Part shown: positions 1 through 10,234 of the stretch, piece after piece
Position numbering within the stretch: position 1 is the first letter of the stretch
How the letters are laid out: every line of letters starts with the position of its first letter
Virus record (IMG/VR): IMGVR_UViG_3300017903_000773
Coordinates: 1 to 37,349 of that record
Strand: one strand, 5' to 3'
Length of the DNA stretch: 37,349 nt
Source: a virus
Taxonomy: Duplodnaviria; Caudoviricetes
Translations under genes and position numbers: made by a program
Notes under the pieces: generated by a model
Seen by the model: only the letters and a program-made list of their open reading frames with translations
Told to the model about the DNA's origin: nothing
Database searches by the model: none

Positions 1-141
1 CAATTAAGTGATCAAAAAGCTTTAGCACAAGCAGCAGTTGACGGAAATTTAGAACAAGTACAAACACAACAGGAAATAAATGCTCTTGTTGCAATTCATG
101 GCGAGGGACTTAGAGATATAATTACAAAATATATTGAAGGC
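1..141. repeat. Terminal direct repeat (assembly circularisation overlap), copy 1
   Basis: Identical to 37209-37349 and lies inside a continuous coding frame. Indicates a complete circular or circularly permuted genome of 37,208 bp. Confidence 0.97.
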
Positions 142-708
142 ACAAATGCACTTAAAAAACAAAAAGATGAAGCAGATGAGTTAAAAGATAAATTTGATCA
201 GATTGGTGAAGCAATAGAAAGCAGTATAAAAGATAATTTAAGAGATGCAATTACAGGCGCACAATCTTTTGGTCAGGCAATGACAAATGTATTAAATAGA
301 ATAAGAGATAAGATCATTGATGCACAACTTGATAGGCTTGTTGGTGGATTTTCTGACGCTTTTAGTGCTGGAGCAAGAGGTAAACAAAGAAAAGGTATCG
401 GAGGCTTTTTAGGTGGTATTCTTGGAGGTCTTTTCAAAGCTAATGGTGGGCCTGTAAAAGCAAATCAGCCATATATTGTTGGTGAACGTCAGCCTGAGTT
501 ATTTGTTCCAAGATCATCTGGTACTATAGTTCCATCTGTTCCCATGGGTGGAGAATCTATTGTAAATAACATTACAGTAAGTGTTGATGCCTCAGGTAGT
601 GCTGTAAGTGGTTCATCAACTGAGGGTAATGAACTTGGACAACAAATTGCCGTTGCTATACAATCAGAACTAATTAAACAAAAACGTGCTGGAGGCTTAT
701 TGGCATAA
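1..708 (+). CDS. Tail tape measure protein, C-terminal part (continues from 35835 across the join)
   Basis: Frame 1 is open from base 1 (QLSDQKALAQ...) to TAA at 708. It has the lambda-H-like C-terminal motif ANGGPV...YIVGERQPELFVP and lies directly upstream of the gpM-like gene. Confidence 0.92.
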   Translation, partial: QLSDQKALAQAAVDGNLEQVQTQQEINALVAIHGEGLRDIITKYIEGTNALKKQKDEADELKDKFDQIGEAIESSIKDNLRDAITGAQSFGQAMTNVLNRIRDKIIDAQLDRLVGGFSDAFSAGARGKQRKGIGGFLGGILGGLFKANGGPVKANQPYIVGERQPELFVPRSSGTIVPSVPMGGESIVNNITVSVDASGSAVSGSSTEGNELGQQIAVAIQSELIKQKRAGGLLA

Positions 709-1055
709 TGGCTACTTTTCCATCAATTACCCCTCAGTATTCAACACAGGAAACTGTTGATCAGGATAGTTTACGAATTAAACTAGGTGACGGATATGAA
801 CAACGTTTTGTTCAAGGTTTGCCCGCAAATAAAAGGTTGATTTCTTTAAATTTGACTTTCAATGTCACAACAACAGATGCAACGACAATTGATACATTTT
901 TAGATGCAAGATTTGACGATCAAGCAAACTTTGATTTCACTCCGCCTCATCATTCATCAGCTTTGAAATTTATATGTACAAGAAGATCGAGAACAGCAGT
1001 TTTAAATAATAGAGTAGTTATGAATTTAACATTTGAACAAGTTGCAGAACCATAA
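708..1055 (+). CDS. Minor tail protein, lambda gpM-like (distal tail)
   Basis: Motifs LGDGYEQR, FDFTPP and terminal TFEQVAEP; directly after the tape measure gene. Confidence 0.88.
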   Translation: MATFPSITPQYSTQETVDQDSLRIKLGDGYEQRFVQGLPANKRLISLNLTFNVTTTDATTIDTFLDARFDDQANFDFTPPHHSSALKFICTRRSRTAVLNNRVVMNLTFEQVAEP

Positions 1056-1669
1056 TGGCAATACCAGTATCTGAACTACAAAAACTGAATCCTAGTTCAA
1101 GGATAGAACTTTTTGTATTAGAACTTGTAGAGGGGTTGCACTATGCAACAGGAAACCCATCAAGTGTACCAACAACATTCAGATTTCATGCTGGTTCCAG
1201 TATGAACTCAAACGCAGAAATTGTTTGGCAAGGAAACTCATATCAAAGAATACCTTTGACATTTGAAGGTGCTGAGTTTACTGGTAAGGGTCAAATTCCA
1301 AGACCAACAATTACAGTTGCAAATTTAGGTGGTATTTCAAGGAGTGGTTCAGTTATTACTGTTACTGATTTAATGATTATTGTTAATTTAACTACACCAC
1401 ATAATGATTTAGTAGATTCAAAACTAACTCGCATAACAACTCTAGCAAGTGAACTTGACGCAGCAAATTTTCCAAGCAATAGCAATCCATTTGGCACACC
1501 ATCATCAAATGAACTTCCTCAAGAAATATTTTTTATAGACAGGAAAATATCTGAAACAAGAGAAATTGTACAATTTGAACTTGTAGGAGCTTTAGATCAG
1601 GCAAACAAAAAACTACCAGCAAGACAAGTAACAAGAAATGAATTTCCAGCCGTTGGTAGTTTTATATAA
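1055..1669 (+). CDS. Minor tail protein, lambda gpL-like (Cys-free, lacks Fe-S domain)
   Basis: IELFVLEL, FRFHAG, IVWQGNSY, PRPTITVAN, FFIDRK...VQFEL and LPARQ motifs; M-L-K-I-J synteny. Confidence 0.88.
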   Translation: MAIPVSELQKLNPSSRIELFVLELVEGLHYATGNPSSVPTTFRFHAGSSMNSNAEIVWQGNSYQRIPLTFEGAEFTGKGQIPRPTITVANLGGISRSGSVITVTDLMIIVNLTTPHNDLVDSKLTRITTLASELDAANFPSNSNPFGTPSSNELPQEIFFIDRKISETREIVQFELVGALDQANKKLPARQVTRNEFPAVGSFI

Positions 1670-1671
1670 AA

Positions 1672-2019
1672 ATGGAATATATTTGGAAACAAGACGCAAT
1701 AAATCATGCAAAACGATGTGACCCAGAGGAGTGTTGCGGAATTATTGGTAAAAAAAATAATAAGGAAAAATATTATCCTTGTAAAAACATATCAAATGAA
1801 TTTAAAGCAGAATCTTTTGTAATAGAGCCTTTGGACTGGGCAAAAGTTGAGGATTCTGTAGATGAGATTACAGGTATTGTTCATAGTCACCCACAAAACA
1901 TTTTAGAGTTTTCTGAGTCTGATAAATATAGCTGTAAGGCAATAGATTTAATTTTTTATCTCGTTTCGCCAAAATCAGATAAAATAGCAGTAATGAGACC
2001 TGATGAAATAGATGCTTAA
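1672..2019 (+). CDS. Tail assembly protein K-like, JAB/MPN (Mov34) domain only
   Basis: PEECCG and the JAMM motif HSHP-x6-S-x2-D. Only 115 aa, with no NlpC/P60 domain. Confidence 0.85.
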   Translation: MEYIWKQDAINHAKRCDPEECCGIIGKKNNKEKYYPCKNISNEFKAESFVIEPLDWAKVEDSVDEITGIVHSHPQNILEFSESDKYSCKAIDLIFYLVSPKSDKIAVMRPDEIDA

Positions 2020-2614
2020 AAAAATCAAGGTTTATGGAACATTAAGAAAATTTTTAGGTCAAGCAGAATTTGTTGTTGATCTAAATACACCGAAAGAAGC
2101 AATAAGTTTTTTGGTTTGTAATTTTAAAGGTATTGAAAAACACATGGCAGAGCAGTTTTATACTATACAAGTTGGAGCAAGAGTAATTACCGAGGATTTG
2201 TTAAATTTTAGATCACAGGATGATATAAAAATAATTCCTGTTGTTCATGGTAATTTTTTCTTTGCTATCGGTTTAGGAAGTTTATTCACTGCGGCTAGTG
2301 CCGCCCTTCCCGCAAAAATACTTGGAAGTAAACTTTTAGCTACTATTGCAACCACAGCGCTTACAAGTATTGGAACAAGTATGATAGTTGATGGCGTAAC
2401 AAGTATGCTTTCACCACAGCAAAACACAATGTCTGCGGCATCTGGTCAAGATAGTTTAGACCCCTCTGCTTTAGCTTCCAACTATTCTTTTACTGGACTG
2501 ACAAATATTTCAAGGGCTGGTATTCCAGTGAATCTGGTATATGGAGAAATCTTGGTTGGCTCTATTGTGGTTTCTAATGGTGTTGATACTGTACAGGTGG
2601 AGGGTAACAACTGA
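2012..2614 (+). CDS. Tail assembly protein I-like (ubiquitin-like N-terminus)
   Basis: KIKVYGTLRKFLG, IIPVVHG, a hydrophobic middle, and C-terminal YSFTG...GIPVNLVYGEILVGSIVVS. Confidence 0.87.
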   Translation: MLKKIKVYGTLRKFLGQAEFVVDLNTPKEAISFLVCNFKGIEKHMAEQFYTIQVGARVITEDLLNFRSQDDIKIIPVVHGNFFFAIGLGSLFTAASAALPAKILGSKLLATIATTALTSIGTSMIVDGVTSMLSPQQNTMSAASGQDSLDPSALASNYSFTGLTNISRAGIPVNLVYGEILVGSIVVSNGVDTVQVEGNN

Positions 2615-5600
2615 TGGCGATACAAGAGTTTGATCAAAATACAGTATTCAACAATCCTGATCTGCCCAGTGGTGCCTTATCTTCCAAGCAGTTCAACACG
2701 ATTGTTGAGCTATTAGGGGAGGGGGAGATAGAAGGATCAGCAACCGCATCTAAAGCCAGTATTACAGACAAGACATCAACTGCATACTTCAATGCTTTTA
2801 AAAAAGATATATTCTTAAATGGAACTCAGGTTTTACAGGAAGCCGCAAGCAATACTGCCCCAGAGGACAGTGATTTTAATTTTAAAGATGTAGGCTTTGA
2901 TTTTAGGCTTGGCACTTCCAGCCAGACATTTATTGATGGAATATCAAACATTGAAACTGAAACTGTAATTGGTACAACTGTAACCACTTCAACCCCTGTC
3001 ACTCATACAGTAAGTTCCAGTGATATTAATGCAGTTCGTGTAACTTTGAGGTTTCCTTCAATGCAGAAATTTGAAAATGATGGAGATATTAATGGTGTAG
3101 AAGTTAATTTATTGATAAAAACTATTGAAAATGATGGAACAACAACAACAGTTATTGATGACACTGTAAAAGGTAGATCAACAAACGCATATTTCAGAGA
3201 TTATATTGTCAAGCTAAAGTCAACAACATCTTTTCCTGTTGCTATCAGAGTTGAAAGAGTAACGGCAGACAGCACAGATGCAACTTTAGTAAATGCCTTT
3301 CAGTTTCAACAGGCAACAAATATAATTTTTGAACAGAACGCATATGCAAATACGGCTCATGTCGCATTAAGGTTCAATGCTGAACAGTTTCCAAGAGTTC
3401 CCAAGAGGGTGTTCCGCATCAGGGGCCGCAAGATCAAAATTCCACATAACGCAACTGTAGATTTGCAGACAGGTGCAATATCTTATGCTGGTACATTCAA
3501 CGGAACTTTTAAAACAGACAAGGAATGGACAACAGATCCAGCATGGATTTTATACGATTTGCTGACAGATACAAGAGCGGGGTGTGGCATCGCTGAATCA
3601 AACCTTGATAAATTTAGTTTCAAGACAGTAAGTGAATATTGCGGAACATCAGTTGATGCTGGTAACGGTGATGGATCAACAGAACCAAGATTCAGTTGCA
3701 ATGTAAATATCACACAACGACAGGAAGCTTATAGTTTGATTAATGCACTTTGTTCTGTCATGCGAGTGATGCCATTCTATTCTGCGGGTGGAATTTCAAT
3801 ATCTCAAGACTCACCAAAATCGGCATCATATATCTTTACTAATGCAAATGTCGTTGATGGGCAGTTTATATATACTGGTTCAAGTTTAAAAACAAGACAT
3901 ACAGTTATAAATGTTAGCTATTTTGATATGACAACTCAAGAAATTGATGTTGAAACTGTTGAGGCTGATTCTGCTACACAAACAAAGTATGGAATTGTTG
4001 TTAAAAATATAAGAGCATTTGCTACGACTAGTCGAAATCAAGCAAGAAGATTAGGAAGATGGTTTTTATATAATGAACAAAATTCTGGCGAAACCTGTTC
4101 TTTTTCTACTACTGCGGCTGCTGGTGTTTTAGTTCGACCTGGAGATGTGATAGAAATATCTGACAGACTTAAAGCTGGTGTAAGGCGTGGAGGTTTGCTT
4201 AAAAGCGTTACCAGTACAACAGTTGTTGTTTTAGATGATTCTGACAACACAGATATTCCTAGTCTTGGAGATAGCCCAACAATTTCAATTATTCTTCCTG
4301 ATGGCACATTGGAAGAAAAAACAATTAGTGCAATATCAGGGACAACTATAACTGTATCATCAGCCTTTAGTACAGCACCAAATCAACACGCACCATATAT
4401 CCTTGAAACTACAAATTTACAGACTACAACTTGGCGAGTCATAACAGTCAAAGAAAATGATGATAAAACTTTTACAATAACTGCACTTTCACATGATTCT
4501 GGTAAATATGCTTTTGTAGAAGATGGTTCTTCGTTACCAACAAGAAATATAAGCACTCTTACAACAGTTTTAAATCCACCCGAAGGATTGAGAGTGGATG
4601 AAAAGATTGTAACTATTAACAATAAGGCAGTATCAAAACTGATTCTTGATTGGCAGACGCAATCTGGTGCCAGTAGATATGAAGTTCAATACAGATTTGC
4701 TAATGGTGATTTTAAGAAAATAGAAACCCTTTCAAGTGATGCTGAGATATTAAATTCAGATGCTGGTGAGTATGAAATTAGAGTTTTTAGTTTTAATGGT
4801 CTTGGGCAACCTTCAACGCAACCAGCAACATTAACATTTAATGCTGTTGGTAAAACTGCCCCACCTTCAGATATTACAAACCTTACTTATGAACCAATAT
4901 CTGATAAAGAAATCAGACTTAGATGGGATGCTGTACCAGATCAAGATGTTAGAGCAGGGGGGCGTATTCATGTAAGACATTCTCCTAAAACAGACGGAAG
5001 CGGTACTTTTTCAGATGCAACTGATCTTGTTTTTGCTTTGAGTGGAGCATCTACAGAAAAAGTTGTTCCTTTACTTGAAGGAGAGTACATTCTTAAGACG
5101 CAAGATGATGGTGACAGATTTGGTACAGGGGAAACTTCACTTGTAATTGATTTACCTGAGACTCAGCCAAAACTATTGGTATTAGCAAGAAGAGAAGATC
5201 AGGACAGCCCAAAATTTCAAGGTTCAAAAACTAATGTAGGATTTGATTCTGGTACAAATTCAATTAGTTTGGCTGGTACAGGTAATTTTGATGACAGTAC
5301 AGATATAGATTCTGAAACCTCTATTGATGATATTGGTGGTGTCTCGACAACTGGTACATATTTATTTAATGAAACTTTGGATTTAGGTGCTGTTTTCAGC
5401 CTTGACCTCAGAAAACTTATACAGACTGATTCTGTATATTCTTCAGACTTGATAGATTCAGTTACAGATATTGATGCAAGACAGGATTTTGATGGAGTTT
5501 CAAGTGTTGATACAAATGCAGAAGTTTTTGTCCAGACTTCACAAGATGGCAGTAGCTATTCAGATTTTCAAAAGTTTGCAAATGGAACATTTAAAGGTAG

Positions 5601-5964
5601 AACATTTAAATTTAAATGTGTGTTATCAACACAAGATACAAACCAAGATATAAGAGTAAGTCAGCTAGGATATTTTGCAGAGTTTCAGAGAAGAACAGAA
5701 CAAAGCACAACAACTATTGCGTCTGGGGCAGGGGCAAAATCCATCACATTTGACCATCCATTTTTCACAGGCACTAGCGCATTATTAGGTGCAAACTCTA
5801 ACCCACCTGCTATTGGAATTACTGCTTTTAATATGGCAACTGGTGACTTTTTTGAACTTTCCAGTATTACAGGAACAGGTTTTACTGTGCATTTCAAAAA
5901 CAGTTCTGGAAGTTCAGTTGATAGAAACTTTAACTTTACTGCTATTGGTTTTGGTAAAGGTTAA
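2614..5964 (+). CDS. Tail tip / host specificity protein J-like (central fibre)
   Basis: 1116 aa with LLGEGEIEG, IRGRKIKIP, WTTDPAWILYDLL, EPRFSCN and QARRLGRW motifs, plus FN3-like repeats. Confidence 0.92.
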   Translation: MAIQEFDQNTVFNNPDLPSGALSSKQFNTIVELLGEGEIEGSATASKASITDKTSTAYFNAFKKDIFLNGTQVLQEAASNTAPEDSDFNFKDVGFDFRLGTSSQTFIDGISNIETETVIGTTVTTSTPVTHTVSSSDINAVRVTLRFPSMQKFENDGDINGVEVNLLIKTIENDGTTTTVIDDTVKGRSTNAYFRDYIVKLKSTTSFPVAIRVERVTADSTDATLVNAFQFQQATNIIFEQNAYANTAHVALRFNAEQFPRVPKRVFRIRGRKIKIPHNATVDLQTGAISYAGTFNGTFKTDKEWTTDPAWILYDLLTDTRAGCGIAESNLDKFSFKTVSEYCGTSVDAGNGDGSTEPRFSCNVNITQRQEAYSLINALCSVMRVMPFYSAGGISISQDSPKSASYIFTNANVVDGQFIYTGSSLKTRHTVINVSYFDMTTQEIDVETVEADSATQTKYGIVVKNIRAFATTSRNQARRLGRWFLYNEQNSGETCSFSTTAAAGVLVRPGDVIEISDRLKAGVRRGGLLKSVTSTTVVVLDDSDNTDIPSLGDSPTISIILPDGTLEEKTISAISGTTITVSSAFSTAPNQHAPYILETTNLQTTTWRVITVKENDDKTFTITALSHDSGKYAFVEDGSSLPTRNISTLTTVLNPPEGLRVDEKIVTINNKAVSKLILDWQTQSGASRYEVQYRFANGDFKKIETLSSDAEILNSDAGEYEIRVFSFNGLGQPSTQPATLTFNAVGKTAPPSDITNLTYEPISDKEIRLRWDAVPDQDVRAGGRIHVRHSPKTDGSGTFSDATDLVFALSGASTEKVVPLLEGEYILKTQDDGDRFGTGETSLVIDLPETQPKLLVLARREDQDSPKFQGSKTNVGFDSGTNSISLAGTGNFDDSTDIDSETSIDDIGGVSTTGTYLFNETLDLGAVFSLDLRKLIQTDSVYSSDLIDSVTDIDARQDFDGVSSVDTNAEVFVQTSQDGSSYSDFQKFANGTFKGRTFKFKCVLSTQDTNQDIRVSQLGYFAEFQRRTEQSTTTIASGAGAKSITFDHPFFTGTSALLGANSNPPAIGITAFNMATGDFFELSSITGTGFTVHFKNSSGSSVDRNFNFTAIGFGKG

Positions 5965-5999
5965 TATTTAGGATATACTTAAAAAAATACTGAGTTGTC

Positions 6000-6959
6000 A
6001 TGTCAAGAGTCGATAATACTGGTGGATCTGGCTTTACCGTTGATAATGGTACTGGTCTTGTTGTAAGAACAAAGTTAAATCAGATAATTGCTGCACTTAG
6101 TACTGTTAATCAAGGCTCTGGCGACCCTACAATCGGTGTTGCAGCTTATGTTCCTCATATTGATGGCAATACTTTAAAAATTAGAAACGCAGCAAATGAT
6201 GCTTTTATAAGTTTGGGTGATGTAAGTGCAACAAACTTTGGTCATGCGGGATTGTCGGCAGCTAATACTTTTACTTCAACAAATATATTTCAGGAAGATG
6301 TTACTTTTGATGGTGCTACTGCTGGAAGAGATGTTGTTTTTGACAGGTCAGATAATGCTCTTGAGTTTGCTGATAATGCAAGTGCAGTTTTTGGGGCTGG
6401 TTCTGATTTAACGATCACGCATGATGCAACAGACAGCACTATTACAAGTGCAACAAACGATTTAAAAATTACCAGTAATGGTGATGATCTTATTCTTGAG
6501 GCCGAAGATGACGTAATTATTAGAGATAATGGCGGTTCTAATATTTTGGCACAGTTTATTAATGGTGGAGCAAATGAGCTATATCACAATGCAACAAAAA
6601 AATTTGAAACAGCAAGTGGTGGCGTAAGTCTTACAGGAGGAGCCGCAGCTAACGTCACAGCACTCTCTGATGGGGCAACAATAACAATAGACATGGCTAC
6701 AGCCTGTCATCACTCAGTAACACTAGGAGGCAACAGAACCTTTGCAGCACCAAGTAATCAGGTAGTAGGTCAGGCAGGTTCAATATTTATCACACAAGAT
6801 GGTACAGGATCTAGAACAGCATCATTTAATAGTGCTTTTAAATTTGTAGGTGGTACAGCACCAACACTTACAACAACGGCGGCGGCGGTAGATAGGATAG
6901 ATTATGTGATTTTATCTAGTAACGTAATTCATTGTGCAGTTTCATTGGATGTTAAGTAA
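6000..6959 (+). CDS. Tail fibre protein
   Basis: Gly/Thr/Ser/Asp-rich. C-terminal SVTLGGNRTFAAPSN...ITQDGTGSRT...FVGGTAPTLTT...VDRIDY is typical of marine phage fibres. Follows gpJ. Confidence 0.75.
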   Translation: MSRVDNTGGSGFTVDNGTGLVVRTKLNQIIAALSTVNQGSGDPTIGVAAYVPHIDGNTLKIRNAANDAFISLGDVSATNFGHAGLSAANTFTSTNIFQEDVTFDGATAGRDVVFDRSDNALEFADNASAVFGAGSDLTITHDATDSTITSATNDLKITSNGDDLILEAEDDVIIRDNGGSNILAQFINGGANELYHNATKKFETASGGVSLTGGAAANVTALSDGATITIDMATACHHSVTLGGNRTFAAPSNQVVGQAGSIFITQDGTGSRTASFNSAFKFVGGTAPTLTTTAAAVDRIDYVILSSNVIHCAVSLDVK

Positions 6960-9682
6960 TGCCATTTTTTGATCCAATAAGAATAGGTGCTTCTGGTGCT
7001 GCTGTTGATTACACTGTAGATCGCAGTTTAAGATTTAATGATGGTGATAGTCCTTATTTTAACAGAACTCCTAGTAGTGCTGGTAATAGAAGAAAATGGA
7101 CTTTGAGTTTTTGGGTAAAACGTTGCAGCTTAACATCTAATCAAGGAATTTTTGGGGCTGAATCATCAGGAGACAGGCTTACCATTTTGTTTGGTTATTC
7201 TGGAAGCGATCAAGTCCGATTTTACAGCCAATCCCCTGCTGTAGAAGTCTATACAAATAGAGTATTTAGAGATGTTTCTTCTTGGTATCATATTGTCTGG
7301 GCAGTTGATACAGAACAAGCAACTGCAAGTAATAGAATTAAATTATATGTAAATGGTACACAGGAAACATCTTTTGCTTCAGCTTCATATCCATCGCAAA
7401 ATTCTGATTTAACTGTAAATAATACAGTTGCACAATATATCGGAAGAAACTCTGGATATGACGGTGAATATTTTGATGGATATATTGCAGAAATGAATTT
7501 GATTGATGGACAACAATATGACTCTTCATATTTTGGAGAAACAAATGCGACAACAGGACAATGGATTCCTAAACAATATACAGGAAGTTATGGAACAAAT
7601 GGATTTTATTTGAATTTTTCAGACAATTCTGGAACGACTGCAACAACACTCGGCAAAGATTCAAGCGGTAACGGCAACAACTTCACACCAAATAATTTTT
7701 CTGTAAGTGCTGGTGCTGGCAATGATTCTTTAGAAGATACACCTACTAATAATTTTCCAACTTTAAATCCTTTAAATATTAACCCTTACAGTTCATCAGG
7801 TTATCCATCTCCAACTTTTACAAATGGAAATCTAACATTTACTACAAATACAACTTCACAAGTAAATTATGCTGAAAGTAGTTTTTACTTTCCTGCTACA
7901 GGTAAATGGTATTTAGAAGTAGTTATAAATAATTTGAATATTGGTAGTGGTGTTGGATATTTACAGGCTTTAACCATCAGAAGTGCTACAAGTGGTTCTT
8001 ATTACCTTTGGTGGGTGTATTCTTCTCCTTATTATCAAATAAACACAGGTAGTGGATTAGTAACTATAAATGCACCTTCTAATGGTGATGTATTGCAACT
8101 TGCTTTTGATGCTGATACTGGTAAGACTTGGTTTGGCAATAATAACACATGGTATTTAAGTGGTGATCCTGCAACTGGCACAGCAATGTCCTCTCCTATA
8201 GTAATTGCAGGGGATGATGTTAGATTTTCTGTTTCAGGTAGATCAGGTAGTGCAGCAAATATAGTTGATGTTAATTTTGGGCAAAGAGCATTTAGTTATA
8301 CCCCACCAACAGGATTTAAGGCACTTAATTCAGCAAACTTACCCGACCCAACAATAAAGCTACCTAATAAACATTTTAATACTTTGCTTTACACAGGTGA
8401 TGGGAACGATAACAAAGCAATTACTGGGCTTAGTTTTCAGCCTGATTGGACTTGGGTTAAAAAACGTGGAGGAAATAGCTCTGCTGAACATCATTGGCTA
8501 GTTGATGCTATAAGAGGTGTAACAAAACATTTATCTTCTAGTCTTGCTGATAGTGAATATACATTTACTAATGTCATCAAATCTTTGACTTCAGATGGAT
8601 TTACTTTAGGAACTGATGGGAAAGTTAACAGGGCAAGTGATACTTATGTTGCATGGAACTGGAACGCTGGTGATACAGATGGCAAAACTTATACAGTAAA
8701 AGTTGTTTCTGATTCTGGTAATAAATATAGATTTGATGATTTTGGAACGTCTGCCGTAACACTTGACCTTGCAGAAGGTGGTACTTATATCTTCGATCAA
8801 TCTGATAGTTCCAACTCTGGACATCCACTAAGATTTTCTACGACATCAAATGGTACTCATGGAGGTGGAACTGAATATACAACAGGAGTTACTACATCAG
8901 GTACGCCAGGATCTAGCGGTGCTTATACACAGATTGTTGTAGCTGCTTCTGCTCCTACTTTGTACTATTACTGTTCTGTTCATAGTGGAATGGGAGGACA
9001 GGCCAATACAAACTCAACTCTTGGATCAAGTAATTTTGATGGGTCTGTTCAATCAACTGTAAAAGTAAATGCAAGTGCAGGGTTTTCTATTATTACATAT
9101 ACAAGAAACGGAGGTAATATTACTGTTGGTCATGGTTTGGGTGTCGCACCAAAAATTTATATAAGAAAACGAAGAGATAGTACTGATAACTGGATTGCTT
9201 ACAACACAATTCTTGATGGAAGCATGGATTATTTAGTTTTAAATGCTACTGATGCCAAAGCAGATTCTTCATTAACAGTACCAACAAGCACAAAATTTTA
9301 TGATGATGGTTCTGGTAATATGGTGGTTTATGCTTTTAGCGAAGTAGCAGGGTATAGCAAGTTTGGGTCATATACTGGTAACGGAAATGCTGATGGCACG
9401 TTTGTTTTTACAGGCTTCAGACCAGCTTGGGTAATGATTAAAAGAACTAGTCCTAATGGATATAGTTGGGTACTAGTTGATAACAAAAGAGATACTTTTA
9501 ATGTAACTGATAAAGGTTTGATACCTAATTTAAGTGATGCTGAAGGAACTGGATATAGTATGGATTTTTTTAGTAATGGTTTTAAATTACGCTTAACAGG
9601 CACAGCAATGAACGCATCTGGAGCAACATATATTTATTTATGTTTTGCCGAATCTCCTTTCAAAAATGCAAGGGCAAGGTAG
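6959..9682 (+). CDS. Large tail fibre / receptor-binding protein with ConA-like (LamG) and SPRY-like domains and an inserted cupredoxin-like domain
   Basis: SLRFND, WTLSFWVKR, WYHIV and YFDGYIAE (LamG); GKWYLEV and VNFGQRAF (SPRY-like); FQPDWTWVK, GFRPAWVMIK; HPL...YYYCSVHSGM. Confidence 0.8.
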   Translation: MPFFDPIRIGASGAAVDYTVDRSLRFNDGDSPYFNRTPSSAGNRRKWTLSFWVKRCSLTSNQGIFGAESSGDRLTILFGYSGSDQVRFYSQSPAVEVYTNRVFRDVSSWYHIVWAVDTEQATASNRIKLYVNGTQETSFASASYPSQNSDLTVNNTVAQYIGRNSGYDGEYFDGYIAEMNLIDGQQYDSSYFGETNATTGQWIPKQYTGSYGTNGFYLNFSDNSGTTATTLGKDSSGNGNNFTPNNFSVSAGAGNDSLEDTPTNNFPTLNPLNINPYSSSGYPSPTFTNGNLTFTTNTTSQVNYAESSFYFPATGKWYLEVVINNLNIGSGVGYLQALTIRSATSGSYYLWWVYSSPYYQINTGSGLVTINAPSNGDVLQLAFDADTGKTWFGNNNTWYLSGDPATGTAMSSPIVIAGDDVRFSVSGRSGSAANIVDVNFGQRAFSYTPPTGFKALNSANLPDPTIKLPNKHFNTLLYTGDGNDNKAITGLSFQPDWTWVKKRGGNSSAEHHWLVDAIRGVTKHLSSSLADSEYTFTNVIKSLTSDGFTLGTDGKVNRASDTYVAWNWNAGDTDGKTYTVKVVSDSGNKYRFDDFGTSAVTLDLAEGGTYIFDQSDSSNSGHPLRFSTTSNGTHGGGTEYTTGVTTSGTPGSSGAYTQIVVAASAPTLYYYCSVHSGMGGQANTNSTLGSSNFDGSVQSTVKVNASAGFSIITYTRNGGNITVGHGLGVAPKIYIRKRRDSTDNWIAYNTILDGSMDYLVLNATDAKADSSLTVPTSTKFYDDGSGNMVVYAFSEVAGYSKFGSYTGNGNADGTFVFTGFRPAWVMIKRTSPNGYSWVLVDNKRDTFNVTDKGLIPNLSDAEGTGYSMDFFSNGFKLRLTGTAMNASGATYIYLCFAESPFKNARAR

Positions 9683-9691
9683 TATATAGAT

Positions 9692-10234
9692 ATGGCTTTT
9701 TTATTAAACGGAAAACCATTAGCAGTTGATGTTCCCTTTACAGTAGGGGATGTTAATTACCCTGCTAACTGGTTAAGATTATCTTCTGCACAGGAGAAAA
9801 AAGATCTTGGTATTACTGAGGTTGCTGATGCTCCAACGTATGATTCACGTTTTTATTGGAATGATGGCACTGCAAAGACTCTTACAGATACAAACGAAGT
9901 TGATGAGAATGGTGACCCATTATTAGATGAGAATGGAAATCAGGTTGTTACTTTAGGTGTTAAGTCTGTATTAAAAGCACAGGAAAAAGCAACTGCTGGT
10001 TCTTTATTAGCAACATATGATTGGTACGTTGTAAGAAAAGCAGAAAAATCTACTGCAATACCAACAGCTATCACAACTTATCGTGATGCCGTCAGAACAG
10101 CTTGTAATACAAGGGAAACAGAGATTGATGCCTGTTCAGATACTGCAGCTTTAGTAACTCTTTACGGATCAACAGAAACAGATGGTGTTGTAACACCTAA
10201 CATGACACAATATCCAGACGATCCTAACGCTTAA
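9692..10234 (+). CDS. Putative tail fibre assembly chaperone
   Basis: Follows the fibre gene; YPANWLRL and LLATYDWYVVRKAE...ITTYRDAVR are Tfa-like motifs. Confidence 0.65.
   Translation: MAFLLNGKPLAVDVPFTVGDVNYPANWLRLSSAQEKKDLGITEVADAPTYDSRFYWNDGTAKTLTDTNEVDENGDPLLDENGNQVVTLGVKSVLKAQEKATAGSLLATYDWYVVRKAEKSTAIPTAITTYRDAVRTACNTRETEIDACSDTAALVTLYGSTETDGVVTPNMTQYPDDPNA

Noticed and set aside
1291-9603. Short alternative-frame ORFs inside the tail genes (1291, 2245, 3483, 4038, 4383, 5471, 5685, 7338, 8606, 9328 etc.)
   Set aside because: Fully nested in conserved structural genes, with no start context or motifs.
6959-9682. Diversity-generating retroelement target in the tail fibres
   Set aside because: No reverse transcriptase in the genome, and no template/variable repeat pair noticed.
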